Shown here in pieces: positions 13,201-25,770 of a stretch of DNA of 64,000 bases (within the stretch, counting starts at the first letter, position 1; each line of letters begins with the position of its first letter). The DNA is from Mytilus trossulus (taxonomy: Eukaryota). The stretch is taken from assembly GCF_036588685.1 (NCBI RefSeq), contig NC_086385.1, forward strand, positions 36,479,216-36,543,215. The letters run 5' to 3'. The position numbers and the translations under genes are program-made. The notes under the pieces are model-generated. The model was not told the DNA's origin. It did not search any database and saw nothing but the letters and a program-made list of their open reading frames with translations.

Positions 13201-15104
13201 TCAAATATGCTACAGGTCAACATTGTTAATTTTTAGTATTCCAAAGTCCAATTTCTTTCTATATATAGAACATGTTTAAAAAATAATAAATGTTGTATGC
13301 TTCAACATGTGGATCATCCTAAGCCTACGACATATGTGTAGAAGTAGGTATAAAGTATTTCTGCGATTTGCCAGTTAAACAAATAAAGGTTTTGGTTAGT
13401 CATAAATCATCACATGTGATTCATTACAGTAAAATATGATACATGCCAAGGTCTCAAAGATTTTGTAAAGTATTACAAATATAAAATGTAACATATTGTA
13501 TTTCCTTTCAGACAAACTGCTGTTCCCATTGTAAACGGGAAAATAATAAGTGCCTAAAGAAGAAACAAGTTTTGAAACATTTCTTAGGCGACAAAATAAA
13601 TGCTTCTCTTCTTAAAAAGACAAAAACAGTACCAAACGCATATGGGTTGTACTGTATTACAAGTAATGATGCTGGTGAAGTTTTGTACATTGGGTTTTCG
13701 AACCGTAGTGTGCGACAAAGATTGTTGGTAAGTTTTAAAAAAAGAACTTGAAATAAAACTTTGATGTTATTCATAGTTAAACCAATGACCTTCTTTCATT
13801 GTGCGGGATTCAATTTCAAATGAAATACAGTGCATATATTATATTCGTTTGCTTTTATATTAATGGCCAAAATTATGTTGTCCATTGTTTTTGTTTAATT
13901 GTGATGTTAAAAATGAAAATTAATTCATTTTCTCAGATGATTCATATATTACTTATGAAATAAAATCATGTTACGATAATTGCCATCATAAACTACAGCA
14001 AAATGTTTACCGAAACTGTCAAGGCTATCCTAGCAGATCTAAAATATATACTCTTAAATGTCTCAAAGAATGGTGTACACATAAGTCTAACTTAAAGAGC
14101 ATATAATTTGGAACTTTAAGGACATGTGATGATTTACCTAGGAGGCGTAGGGAGGCTGGTAAAACATGTAGAGGGATACACTTTATCCATTATATTAGTC
14201 GTCGGGTTTATTTCACAAAATTTGATAAAGGTTATCTCTTAAGCAATATATGCTTAATTTAACCCAAAAAATAACAGGAAAATTTATGTACAAGAAAATG
14301 TATACATTCATATTGATAATTTTATAAAAGTCATTATGGATGCATCATCTCAAGAATCTCGCATTTCAAAGGGAATAGAATGGGTAGTTATTGTTATAGA
14401 CACTAGAAGTAAACATTATGACTATCATTGAATCAAGGGCGTCGTGATTTTTTTTTGTGTAAGGAGGGGGGAAACAAATTTTTGAAAATTTGAAAATTAA
14501 AAAAAAACCAACATATTTCCCGAAAGAAAATACCGTATTTTTTGAATGTGCATTTGGTCATGTGCTATTTGTCTGACAACAACCATTCCAAAATTGCGTG
14601 CATAAGTGGTCTCCATTTTGTTGATACTATATGTTTTGATGTAAGGTTGGATTTTTTAGTTTTGAAACCTTACACATGAAATTGAGAATGAAAATTTGGA
14701 ATCTGTCAAAGAGACAACAACCCGACCAAAGAGCAGACAACAGCCGAAGGCCACCAATGGGTCTTCAATATTTAGCTATCAAGATAGTATTAAAAAAATG
14801 ACTGCTAAAGCCTCGCAAATCCACATTCCTCCATAATATAATGAAAGATATGTGTTAATAATGTAATTCGTGCTAAAAATATTCAATCTTGTCTCTTCAG
14901 GCTCATACAGGAGGATATGATAAACAGGCAATTGGTAGGTTCTTGAAAGGAAAGGATTTACGGAAATTCTCGCTCTCCTGGGTTAAGGAGCGAAAAGCGG
15001 AGTGTTTAGAACAACAGTTTATTGAATACGTTACCCATGATCAAGGTTTTCGACCATTGTTCAACTTAAAAAGAGGGAGATCATGTGGCAAAAAGGAGGA
15101 ATGA
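8134..15104 (+). CDS. Spliced stand-alone GIY-YIG nuclease gene, paralog A (145 aa): exons 8134-8151 (or duplicate 10053-10070), 13512-13727, 14901-15104
   Basis: Phase-0 GT/AG junctions give MKFTEK|TNCCSHCKRENNKC...VPNAYGLYCITSNDAGEVLYIGFSNRSVRQRLL|AHTGGYDKQAIG...AECLEQQFIEY...RPLFNLKRGRSCGKKEE*. It has GLY...YIG, RxxxH, Glu and PxFN motifs. Coding exon sizes (18/216/204 nt) match paralog B. Confidence 0.82.
8272..8902 (+). mobile_element. HINE-like element, 3'-truncated
   Basis: TTTTTATACGACC start, CGT repeats and GGGGCC-containing tandem units; similar to 59645-60750. Confidence 0.75.
10168..11920 (+). mobile_element. Helentron-associated non-autonomous element (HINE/DINE-1-like), full length
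   Basis: 5' TTTATACGACCGC with a nearby inverted copy, (CGT)n microsatellite, ~150-bp internal tandem array, 3' sub-TIR GCGGTCGTATAAA followed by a GC-rich stem-loop, T-rich flanks. Confidence 0.82.
12278..12795 (-). repeat. Hammerhead-ribozyme tandem repeat (retrozyme-like), ~1.5 units of ~337 bp
   Basis: The unit start AATAGTTAT recurs at 12278 and 12615. Each unit carries a type I hammerhead motif on the minus strand. Confidence 0.8.
12650..12693 (-). ncRNA. Minimal type I hammerhead ribozyme
   Basis: Minus strand GCGTCA-CTGATGA-GTCT tatgt AGAC-GAAA-CGCGCG-TC-TGGCGT: conserved core, stem II, palindromic short stem III and stem I. Confidence 0.85.
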
Positions 15105-15339
15105 GTTAATTTTTATCAGATATCATTTGTTTGGTATGCTGTATTTTTTTATAACTCTATTGAAATGTGGCGAATTGAATTATTTTATGATCACTTATAC
15201 TTTCAAAGTTTCTTCATTCATTCTTATTTGCCATTTTATGTATTGAATTATCACATCAATAAAATAAGTTTAAACAATAGGAAAGTCTTTACACTTTATC
15301 TTATAATTACATCTTATGATGTATCCTAATGTATCCTAA

Positions 15340-15730
15340 TCCTATGATGTAAGAATCCTGGGTTTTGATTGGTTGATAGCCAGTGTATTTTTCACCAATT
15401 CACTGTTATCAAATGAATATCGTTCATTTTTTAACGCCGCCGGGGTATTTTCCAAAAGGATAAGCCTTTTTTACCCTCTCTGCCGTGGTATTTGCCAAAA
15501 AATACTCTATCCGACTGGACGCTTGTAACGTCACGATCATCAATGCGTTTTTGAACATTAACATTCGTTGTAACTAAACAGATATATCATGTTCTTGAAG
15601 GGTATTTGCGAAAAATACCAGTCTTGAGAATGAATTTCCCTCGCCTTACGGCTCGTAAAATGTAACATTCTCGCGACTGGTATTTTTCGCAAATACCCCT
15701 ACCTAACATGATATAACTGTTTATAATCCA
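15340..15730. mobile_element. Non-autonomous element with a long internal hairpin (Crypton-like architecture)
   Basis: GGGTATTTGCGAAAAATACCAGTC..GAGAATG (15600) is mirrored to 15698; TGATTGGTTGA lies near the other end. The family assignment is an inference. Confidence 0.5.
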
Positions 15731-17886
15731 ATGTATAAAAAATAGATGTGGTATGTATGTCAAAGAAACAAATTTCAATTAAAGACTATCGGACATTGAG
15801 TGAACTTCTAAACAATCATACGTCTTACAACGAAATACTAAACCTATGCTTATTTGCTTGTGAAGTTTGAATGTTTATCGGTTTATTCATGTTCTCATTA
15901 ATATTGGATATACAAGGCTTATTTTACATTAGTCACTTTGTGGTCCTTTATAGCTTGTTGTTTTTGATGTGAGCCAAGTCTCCGTATTGAAGGCCGTATT
16001 TTGACCTATAATGATTTGCTTTCACAAAATATGACTCGAATGGATAGTTGTCTCATTGGCACTCATACCACATCTTCTTATATCTATTATATATACATAT
16101 ATATATATGGTAGAGGGCTTTTTAAAATTTTCCCGTTCTATAAAATTAATGTAGAATGTGACATTAGAAGATCCATAAAGGAACAATATTTTATAACCAA
16201 ATTCAAGCCAAAACTAAATGCGCATTAGGCTTTCAATAGCGTTACATTTAGCTTTCCATATTTTACTTTAGAACGTTTATCTCCCTTTTGTAATTGTTTT
16301 ATGACGTTACGTACTTAACTACCGTCTCATAGTTACAATTATTCACCTGAAGATTGTTGTAAAACATGAAAGTAATTGTGAATATTAAATAATATATGCA
16401 CTATCCGGAAATGTTGGACTTTTTTATTTAGATATATATATATGTATACGCCAGACACGCGTTACTTTGAAAAAAGTTGCATTCAAACGTCGTTCAAGAA
16501 ATGAAACAAGATACTGATTATGTTTTGATTCATTCATGTTATTGTTTACTGTGTGAGACCCAGTATATTATTTTTGTTAAGTAGTTGTTGTAACAATGAG
16601 GTAAAATCGGCATATATTTTCATTCATAGACAGTTTCATTTTCATAAATATTGACCATAGAAAAACAACGTAAATAAAACATAACACAGAATACTTACGA
16701 TTGAGCAAGATGAATTACACTCGAAATTGTCGGAAAGCAGAACTCGCTCAATTGAAAGTATCCATCAATTGTAATGATCATGACAAGCTGAAGTATAATA
16801 TTTTTTGTTGTAAAGTGGCAGTAGTTGATCATCTTTGACACATTTAGGTAAAAAAAAAATCAAATACTGAAGGTTTGCAGGGATTTATGAATATCTTCTA
16901 TTCTATTTAAATACTGTGGTTGTTTGTAACATTTTACACAATACAATCTTTAGCAGTTACATATGGCATATTTCAACGTTGGTGTATGTTTAACTGCATT
17001 GATAATGTTTGTCGTTATAAATTGGCATTTGATTATTTTATACATAATATATATAATCATATTTACTGTCGGTTTTGTATATTACAAAGCGTTTCACAAG
17101 CAGTTGCCATGCTCATTTTGATAATTTTGCAAAAACTGTAAGTTTCTTGATATAAAAGATCAAAAGATGAAAGAAAAGAAAAACAAATAGTATATAAGCC
17201 AATTTTATATATATATATAAAACTTACTCTGTTTTAACTGGTCGCAACACAACAAAATTGCCACCAGCTGTTTTGAGTTTTTGGTACAATGAAATAAATA
17301 CATACTGTCAAACAAACGATTTCGATTGTCATCAACAACAAAATCTATGACAACCACCTACATGTAATTTCATAATTTATTCAAGTTATTTTAAAATTAC
17401 GTAAACTCATTACAGATAGCTGGGTAAAAAGTATGTATCTATGGCGCGCGATTCATCTTCAGCATCAGTGACGCTCCAACCAAAGGGTTACAAGGGTAAA
17501 ATTGAGTAACACTGATGGCCTAAATGTAAATCACTTTGTTTTATTAGATAAGGTTTGTTTTCAAATGTCTTAAGACGAATATATCAATACCAAAGAATGA
17601 GATTTTTCCGAAAATAAGATTGGAAGGAAAAAATAGTCTTTTATTATAAAAAGCTTGATGCCCTTAAGTGTTTACGTTATTTTTATACTTGCATATAGTC
17701 GAAAGTAAAATAACATAATAACTGAACACAAGGTTGTAATATCGACCTATGTGGATCAGTAACTCCAAAAATAAAAAGTATTATACTATGTATTAAATTA
17801 ATAAAACCAACTTTTAATTGATATACAAACAAATGCCATAACTAAGGAAATGGCAGAGTTGAATATTAAATATTCCATATTATACA

Positions 17887-18033
17887 AATAGTCATCTAAG
17901 GTACCAGGATTATAATTTGATACGCCAAACGTGCTTTTCGTTAACATAAGACTCATCAGGGACGCCCAGATCAAAATATTAAAAAAGGTCAACAAGTACA
18001 AAGTTGAAGAGCAATGAGGACCCAAAATTCCAA
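17887..18033 (-). repeat. Degenerate retrozyme-like fragment
   Basis: GGTACCAGGATTATAATT...AAGACTCATCAG...CAAGTACAAAGTTGAAGAGCA matches the 12278 repeat. Confidence 0.75.
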
Positions 18034-18431
18034 CTCAGTTTGACAATTTTTTTTAGCAAAAGTTAATAACCAGCCCTCCAGTTTCCTCATGCTGAAATGA
18101 TGAAGCGAATACATCGTTGCATTTGATAGATGTTGTAAAAAAAATCGGAGATAATAGTATTGCTGTCGATCATTTAAAATCTGTCTTTATGAAGAAACCA
18201 AATCCACGCCAAGACCGAAAAGAAAAAATAGAAATATGAACTTATCAAATGCCCGACATTTTGGTGTTATCAGCATCCTTGTTAATTTCGGTGAATTTCC
18301 TTTTTAACAGACAGATAGTGATAAAGTGTCTACTTTTATTCCTTTTTTTCTGTACGAACATATTGTACTCATTTGAAGTAGAATATCACAGGCACTTGTC
18401 TCAGAATTGTTTTCCCCATATACCTTAATAT

Positions 18432-18612
18432 AGCTGAAATCATCTCTTTTGTCGTAAAGTTTTGTTTTCAGCCGACCCTCATTGTCAATTTCTAGATGTA
18501 AGTCAATATATGAGGCCGACTTAACTGTATCTGTAGTATCCTTTATCTCTAGCTCGATAGGATAGATGCGTTCCACATAGTCACCAAATTTTGAATTATT
18601 TAGTGAAAGAAC
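18432..18612 (-). mobile_element. Penelope-like RT fragment
   Basis: IYPIELEIKDTTDTVKSASYIDLHLEIDNEGRLKTKLYDKRDDFS. Confidence 0.8.
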
Positions 18613-18619
18613 ATGTGTG

Positions 18620-20659
18620 TTTCATAACAAAATGAATGTCAAACAGCTTATAGCATTGAATGAGGTAAACAATGGTCATAACCGTTTGCTTCTGGGGCAA
18701 AGTGGAACGGGGAAGAGCCATTTGATCTGTACTATATAACAAGAACTGAACAAAGAGGAAAAAAACGGTCGCAGTCACAGGAAAAACGGGAGTGGCTTCC
18801 TTGAATATAGGTGGGATTACTGTCCATTCCTGGTCCGGTATAGCAGATGGTCCTTTTTCTAACGGTAAACTCTTACAAAAATTGACAGGCAAGCAGATGT
18901 TTTGATTCTGGATGAAATATCAATGCTTTCAGCTAAAATGTTTAATCAGATTGAATTTATATGTAGAAAAATCAGAGATAGTGATCTTGATTTTGGAGGT
19001 ATACAAATAATTGGGTCAGAAGATTTTTTTCAGCTCCTCCCAGTTCCAGATTTACTTAACCAAGACACTAGAGAATTTTGTTTCAAGTCTGATGTTTTTT
19101 AAAAATGTATTTAGACTCAAAACTGCGTCGATATGAACCTGATTTTGTGAAGGCCATACAAGATATTTCAAGAGGAGAGCTACTAACTGATATGCATAAC
19201 TTGATAAAACGTCTCCAAAGGCCACGTCCTCCTGGCATTGACCCCATCAGACTCTTTGCAAGAAATTTTGACAGAGAAGTATTTAATGCGTCTCGCCTTC
19301 TTGATCTAAAAGGTGATTTAAAATCATTTCATTCTCTTGATGAAGAAGACCCAACTTAATTAAGGAAAATGTCTGTTGGTCAATCTTTACATTTAAAAAT
19401 AAACTGTCCAGTAATGTTGGTGAAAACATTCAGTAAAAATCTTGTCAATGGTTTACAAGGAACTGTTCAGGAAATAAATACTGACTATAATACTGTCACT
19501 GTTAACTTTAATGGTTTGATAACAGACATAAAAAGAGAAATGTTCACAGTTTATAGTTCCATTGAAAACAAAGTTGTAGCTAGTAGACTACAAATACCAT
19601 TAGTCTTGTCAAATTGTGCGACTATTCATACGGCACAAGGGCTAATAGAGTTGAGGTTGATTCTTTAAATATTTTTATAGCAGGAAAACTGGGTGTGGCA
19701 GTTGGTAGGGTAAGAAAACAGAAAGGACTGAGATTGATTGATTTTCATACTAGAAATGTACTAAAACCTGAGAAATCCCTGTTTGAATTTTATGAACTAA
19801 ATTCTGTTCCATTTCTGAGTGATTTGGAATGCTGCAATATTTCATATTCCTTAACAACAGAATTTAATTTAGAGTTTGAGGAAATGTTTTATCAGAATGA
19901 GAATTTTCAGAATTCGCTTATGAAGAATTGATGAAATTAAGAAAATGGTACATGTTAATGAAAATGTGGGTGATCCAATAGATTTTGTTGCATCTAAAGA
20001 TGAGATATACAATGTACAAGTGAATTTAAATGACTGTCCAATAAGTTTAGATGACATAAAGTCATGTTTACCTGATATGCTGGTGACTGATGAACAGGTT
20101 TACAACTAAATTTATTTCTGACGACAATTTTTGAAAATATTTCAAATATATATGAACAGGTTTTTTAAAGTGATTCTACTGAAAAAAAAGACAAATTCAA
20201 AATCATGGACAAACTATTTCAGCAAACTCTATAAGTTTTTTTACATTCCAATGAATATATTTCTCTCATTGAAATTGTTGCAATAGGAAGGCAGAATCTG
20301 ATGACTTCACAGTTTTTAGTAGAATTTTTGACTTTGTTTCACATTTTATTATAGAAAATAAAACAAGTCACATTAAGGATTCAACTGAATTGCCACATCA
20401 ACAAAGTGCATACTCAAATGATGATGCAGGCTTGGGCAAACTTAGGTATATTGCTGGAAGATGTATTGCAAAATCCAAGTATCATTACATGACAATAGGG
20501 AAAAAAACCATGTATAGTTGCAAGTTCAACAGTGTTGATGAAAGGATACAATGTCACTTATGTGACAACTGGTATCACAAAGAAAGTCAGAATATTACAG
20601 CTGATCAATTGATAGATAAAACAGAAGATGATTGGTATTGCATGAAGTGCTGTGAATAG
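18620..20659 (+). pseudogene. Degenerate Pif1-family helicase followed by a PHD-like finger (probably transposon cargo)
   Basis: GQSGTGKS (Walker A, ~18696), TGVASLNIGGITVHSW, LILDEISML (Walker B), FGGIQIIGSEDFFQLLPV, LVNGLQG, QIPLVL..ATIHTAQG, GKLGVAVGRVR, then IQCHLCDNWYH...WYCMKC. Many stops and frameshifts; no introns apparent. Confidence 0.8.
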
Positions 20660-21054
20660 ATCACCAAAAAATTTCTGTAAGTTTTTGTTTTTTGTTTAAT
20701 CAATTTGATTACTTAAAAAAGACTGCTCTTTTTTGTTCATTTTTATGAAGGAAACCTTAATAGCACAGGAACTTGTCGCAGAAAAATATTCCTATACACC
20801 TTAATTCGGAGACCAGTGCCTGTGCTTAAAAGGCATATTTTCTTAACCTTAAATTTGAATACTAAAATGTTTACATGTATTTATTCAATTTATGAAACAT
20901 TTTTCCACATTATTAGAGTTAATAGCTTGAGAAATCTTAAATATAGATATATATAGATAAGATAATATGTCATGACTGCCAATAAGAGACCAAAGACAAA
21001 ATGTCAAGACTGCTTGTTAACCATTATCTGTTGTTAAGGTCTTTCCTCTACGCG

Positions 21055-21282
21055 AGGATGGTGAAGTTGAAATCATCCATTCGTAAATTTTACGGACGCC
21101 ATCACGAGTTGGTTGACCGTTATGGAATAACCATTTCACAAATGATATCGGATATGTTCCTGACGTCGTAACAACAATCCCCTTCCCTTTCTGTTTGTCT
21201 TTTTCATTTTTAGCCATGACGTTGTCAGTTTGTTTTAGATTTATGAGTTTGACTATCCCTTTGGTATCTTCCGTCCCTCTTC
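21055..21282 (+). mobile_element. Penelope-like 3'-end fragment
   Basis: Matches the RT C-terminus and tail of the 53897-54690 family, with an internal deletion. Confidence 0.72.
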
Positions 21283-21289
21283 TATTTGA

Positions 21290-23170
21290 GTTCTCAAGAC
21301 CAAATATGGACCATCGGTAGACCTCATCATGAAGTATTACCAGATGAGGCTGTGTAGGATTTTATCATCCTCTTTAGAAGTTATCTCCCTTTTATTTTTA
21401 TTTTTTTCGACATGCCCCCCCTCTTCGTTGTTTTAAAAGATATCATGACCTTATCTGGACAAAGGAAGATATCATCATGATGTATTTCCATATGAGGCTG
21501 CGTAGGATTTCATCATCCCCTTTGAGAGTTATATCCCCTTGAAGCAATTTCTTTTATTTGCATCATTTTAAGTATTAGAGATAGAATCGATTTGAAAATG
21601 GCAGCATGTACAAGAACAGATGGCAATGTTAATTAACATAAACAATTAAGTTGTTACCAACCCCTATAAGTAGTTATTTCTCTTTAAAAATTAAACGCAA
21701 TTTTTGAACAATTCTATTTCGAGAACCAAAAGTCGTAGAGACTTGGGACCTTCACCAACAATCTTTATTTCATGTGACCTTTAACTTGCACCCAAGGTCA
21801 AAGGTCACTGAGTGCAAAAAAATTACGCTGCAATGTCAAGCTTACATATTAAGAAAATGATAAGAGTTTGCTGCATACATACTGTGTACAAAATGTTCTT
21901 CTCGACGAGCTCTACATTTTATACATTAAGCTCAAAAATTTTCGACCGTCTGTTCCAAAGTTACAACGAGATAATTCTTAAAAGTATAGTTTTGTGTGTA
22001 TATCTTTTAAAGGGTAACAGATAGCAAGCTACTATAAACTGCAAAGATGATCAGTAATTCAAGACCTTCAATTTGAGGTCAATGTCAGGTCATGATGAAA
22101 TTTCACCTTGACCTTCACAGTATACTATGACCTTGACCTTGTGATATTTGAAAGGTCAAGTGGTCTTGAGTCGAATGGTGTTAGTCCCATGTCTCTACGA
22201 CTTCCGGTTCTCATGTTTGGTGTTGCATCATATATTTGATGATTAATTGTAACCTTGGTGAACTTTTTCTATAATGTTGTCCTTCAACTGTAGATCATTT
22301 ATCATTTAACAGATTTGAGATATCTATTGTCGTTTCAGAGATAAATGAAAATGCAGTTTGAAATTTTGCGAGCGGCAGCATGTATTTCTGAATCAACAAC
22401 AGCTTACCACTTAAAATGTTTAAGAAATTGAAAAGGTTAAAATATTATATGTTTATTATATGTTTGACGAAATACCAAAAACATTCCATCGAAAAAAACA
22501 CCAAAAAATCAATTTGAAATTTTCATGTTTTGCACAGACTTTGTAAGTTTCATAAGTTCTATTTATATAGTTGCTATTGCATCATTTTTGGCATTTTGTC
22601 AAATGGGGTCATCTGATATATCAAATTGAAGGTCTAAAAACAATCTACTTAAAAATAATAATTTTAAACTTCTATTTCATTCCAGGGGGAAGGATGGGTT
22701 CATTTAGTGCAAAAATTCAAATTTCTCAGATGGTAAGGTTGTCGCATATCAAATGAAAGAACATAAAGCCTACATTTCAAATTTCAAATTGATGACCCCC
22801 AAAAATTGGTTTGATGGGGTCATTGAGTGCAAAAAGGAAATTTTCTTTACGACAGGGTTGTTGTATATCTAATGAAAGGTCATGATGTGTACATTTGAAA
22901 TATCAAATTCCCGACCTCCAAAAATTAGTTGGATGGGGTTATTAAGTGCAAAAATCAAACTTTCTAGAACATGACGTTGTCGCATATCAAATGAAAGCTC
23001 ATCTAGTCTATGTTACATATATCATACTTCCGATCCTGAACATGTATGCGGATGAGGTCATTAAGTTTAAAAAGCGAAAAGTTTCAGAAGGTGTGCTTGT
23101 CGTATATCAAACGAAAGCTCATACAAAGTACATTACGAAAACATCACTTTTACAGGAAAGACCTTTCAAT
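21290..23170. repeat. Complex repeat block between the helicase and the transposase
   Basis: A ~148-bp duplication (21327/21475), an inverted pair 21721-21757 / 22175-22212, TGACCTT motifs, and ~119-bp tandem units containing GTCGCATATCAAATGAAAG (22600-23170). Confidence 0.65.
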
Positions 23171-23691
23171 TGTTTTACAAACAATTGAGATACTAGTTTT
23201 TTTTGTTGTTATAATTTTGTACATGTATGCAGTTATGCAGCTGACTGCTGTATTACACAGGCACGCACATACACACACAAACAAAAATATATACACACAC
23301 AGGAATACACCAAGATAAATGAAGATTCAGATTCTAATACTATTAGTTGTACATTTGTTCTCTAAATAAAATTGTCCACATGAACACAGATAATAGTTAT
23401 ATTTTAACAAGAATTATTATCTTTTTACTCTGCTCTGTATTTCCATATATATCTTTGTTCTCTTAAATAATAAGTATCTATGTTAAGATATTGTATGCTG
23501 TGTGGCTGGAATTAATGGTCAGATCTAAATAAGCTTTTAAATTTGATTAAAAGAAATTTTAGTCTATGCAGTAGTCAACATTCCATTTATTGATTGATAT
23601 ATAGCTTTAATATAGATTATTGTCTTTGGTTAGCTGTCAGTCTATCCATTGGATTACATGCATCATGTATATGTTAATATACAATGTTTTA

Positions 23692-24550
23692 TCAAATTCT
23701 TAATTTCTTTGTTGGAATTTCAGCGGAAAAGGGCTTAGCACCATTTCCACCTGCATTACTCTTTCTGGATACTAAAGAATGTCCTAAAACAACACTGTTT
23801 ATACCAGTTCTATATGAGTTATATGTTGGATGGGTTGTAGGTCCATGGTAGAGTGATCTTTGTTGACACAAAATATTTTCAATTATATCACTGTTCAGTC
23901 TTGCTGGTACAACCTCAGTCTTTAGGACTTCAATGCAAAAGATGATGAGAGACATTATCCCATGGTACATAAATTCAAGGTCTTCTTTTGTTTCCATGAT
24001 AAGAAGACTCTTGTATCACCTACTTATAGTGTCATTTTGACAAACTTGTTTTTCAATTATATGCAATACTTAATTTCATTATTCTTTCATCACTTATATC
24101 TTTTACAGGCTGCTGATCAGTTAAAAACTCCACCAATGTACTAAAGTGTTCAAGAAATTGGATAACCGCACTTAATGCTTGCTGACCAGCTTCACCACTG
24201 AGAGACTTTCTATACATTTTCATTAAATGCAATATGTCAACATTAAGTGTTTCAAATGCCAGCTTGTTTCTCATTTTTTTAGCATTTTTAGTGAAGATTT
24301 GCTTCTGAGTTAATTTATTGTGTATTAGAAACCTATGGGTATAACGATCCCAGTTATATGTATCGATCCACATCTGCCATTGAATTGTACAGCTTTCAAA
24401 TGATAATAGTCTCTGGTCATGAGCTTTTATTCCACTGGATAAGACAATATTACGGATTTTTTTAATAAGATGGCAGGGATCCATGATGAAGATCATTTTT
24501 CTTAAACTTGTTAAAGGGTTTTTGTACTGTGAAGCCACCATTTTTGTCAA
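23692..24550 (-). pseudogene. P-element/THAP9-type transposase fragment
   Basis: DPCHLIKKIRN (DxxHLxKxxRN), KMRNKLA, and RLNSDIIENILCQQR...HPTY (catalytic Glu region) are hallmark P-superfamily motifs. Frameshifted. Confidence 0.78.
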
Positions 24551-25229
24551 AAGGGGGTCATTTTCACATTTGTTAGGTTACCAGATCGAATAGTAAAATG
24601 TGAGCTAATTGCAGCGATTGTCATCTCATCTTTTAGTTATTACTTAGTAAGGAAATCGGAATAGTTGTTGACATGATGCCACACATTCAGTGATCACAAT
24701 TATTTGATTTGCTTCAATAATTCTTATGTATCATTTTGACCATTAAGAATTAAATTGTGATGAGTAGTTGTAAATCTGCTCTTTTAAAATCAATTCAAAA
24801 TATCAGATGCATTTTTAGATCCAGCTTCACTGATGAGTCCTTTGTAAAGAAAACATGTGTCTGGCGCAAATATTGATTTCCAATCCTGGTATCTTTTCTT
24901 CAAATATGCTTCTCTGGTTCTATATATTTGATGTCACCCTCACTGTATCAGCTTGGCTTAAAGATAGGAATCTTTGTATTTGGCTGCACCCTTTAGAAAG
25001 GACATTTAGGAGCCAAGTTAGATGCATTATCAGGACAAAAGCATGTTAATGTGCTATGACTGTGAAACTCTCACAGAAAAAAATAAAATATGCTGACTAA
25101 CTGATTGCATTTAACCATTGAACATAAAGGATAGAACAGATACAGTTAATTCAGATGTAATTATTTTGTATCAATAGTTCTGATTGAAGGACACTAAGTG
25201 TAAAATTCTCTATCTCCTATGTCTATTAC

Positions 25230-25770
25230 TGCACCTGCATAAGGGGTATATATCTCCCAATTGATACGATATTCCCGTGCTTGCATTTCCTATCATGATT
25301 TTCTTGATAGAGGGTTACTGCTCACAAGGAAGCTATTAAACCAAGAGTTCCAAATGGTGAAGTTGAAATCATCCCTTCATAAATTTTACTGACGCCATCA
25401 CGAGTTGGTTGACCATTATGGAATAACCGTTTCACAAATGATATCGGATATGTTCCTTACGTCGTAACTACAATCCCCTTCCCTTTCATGAATGTGAGCT
25501 ACCGAATTAGACTAGTTTACCGGATTTGTTATCTCATAAGCAACACTACTGGTGCCACATGTGGAGCAGGATATGCTTACCCTTCCGGAGCACCTGAGAT
25601 CATCCCCAGTTTTTGGTGGGGTTCGTGTTGTTTATTATTTAGTTTTTTATGTTGTGTTATGTGTACTATTGTTTGTCTGTTTGTCCTTTTCATTTTTAGC
25701 CATGGCGTTGTCAGTTGTTTTAGATTTATGAGTTTGACTGTCCCTCTGGTATCTTTCGTCCCTCTTTTTT
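25230..25770 (+). mobile_element. Penelope-like 3'-end fragment
   Basis: GVYISQLIRYSRAC through the tail ...TCTTTCGTCCCTCTTTT. Confidence 0.8.

Noticed and set aside
18620-19930. Host PIF1 gene or autonomous Helitron
   Set aside because: It is intronless and heavily disrupted, lacks a recognisable N-terminal region, and has no HUH Rep motifs nearby.
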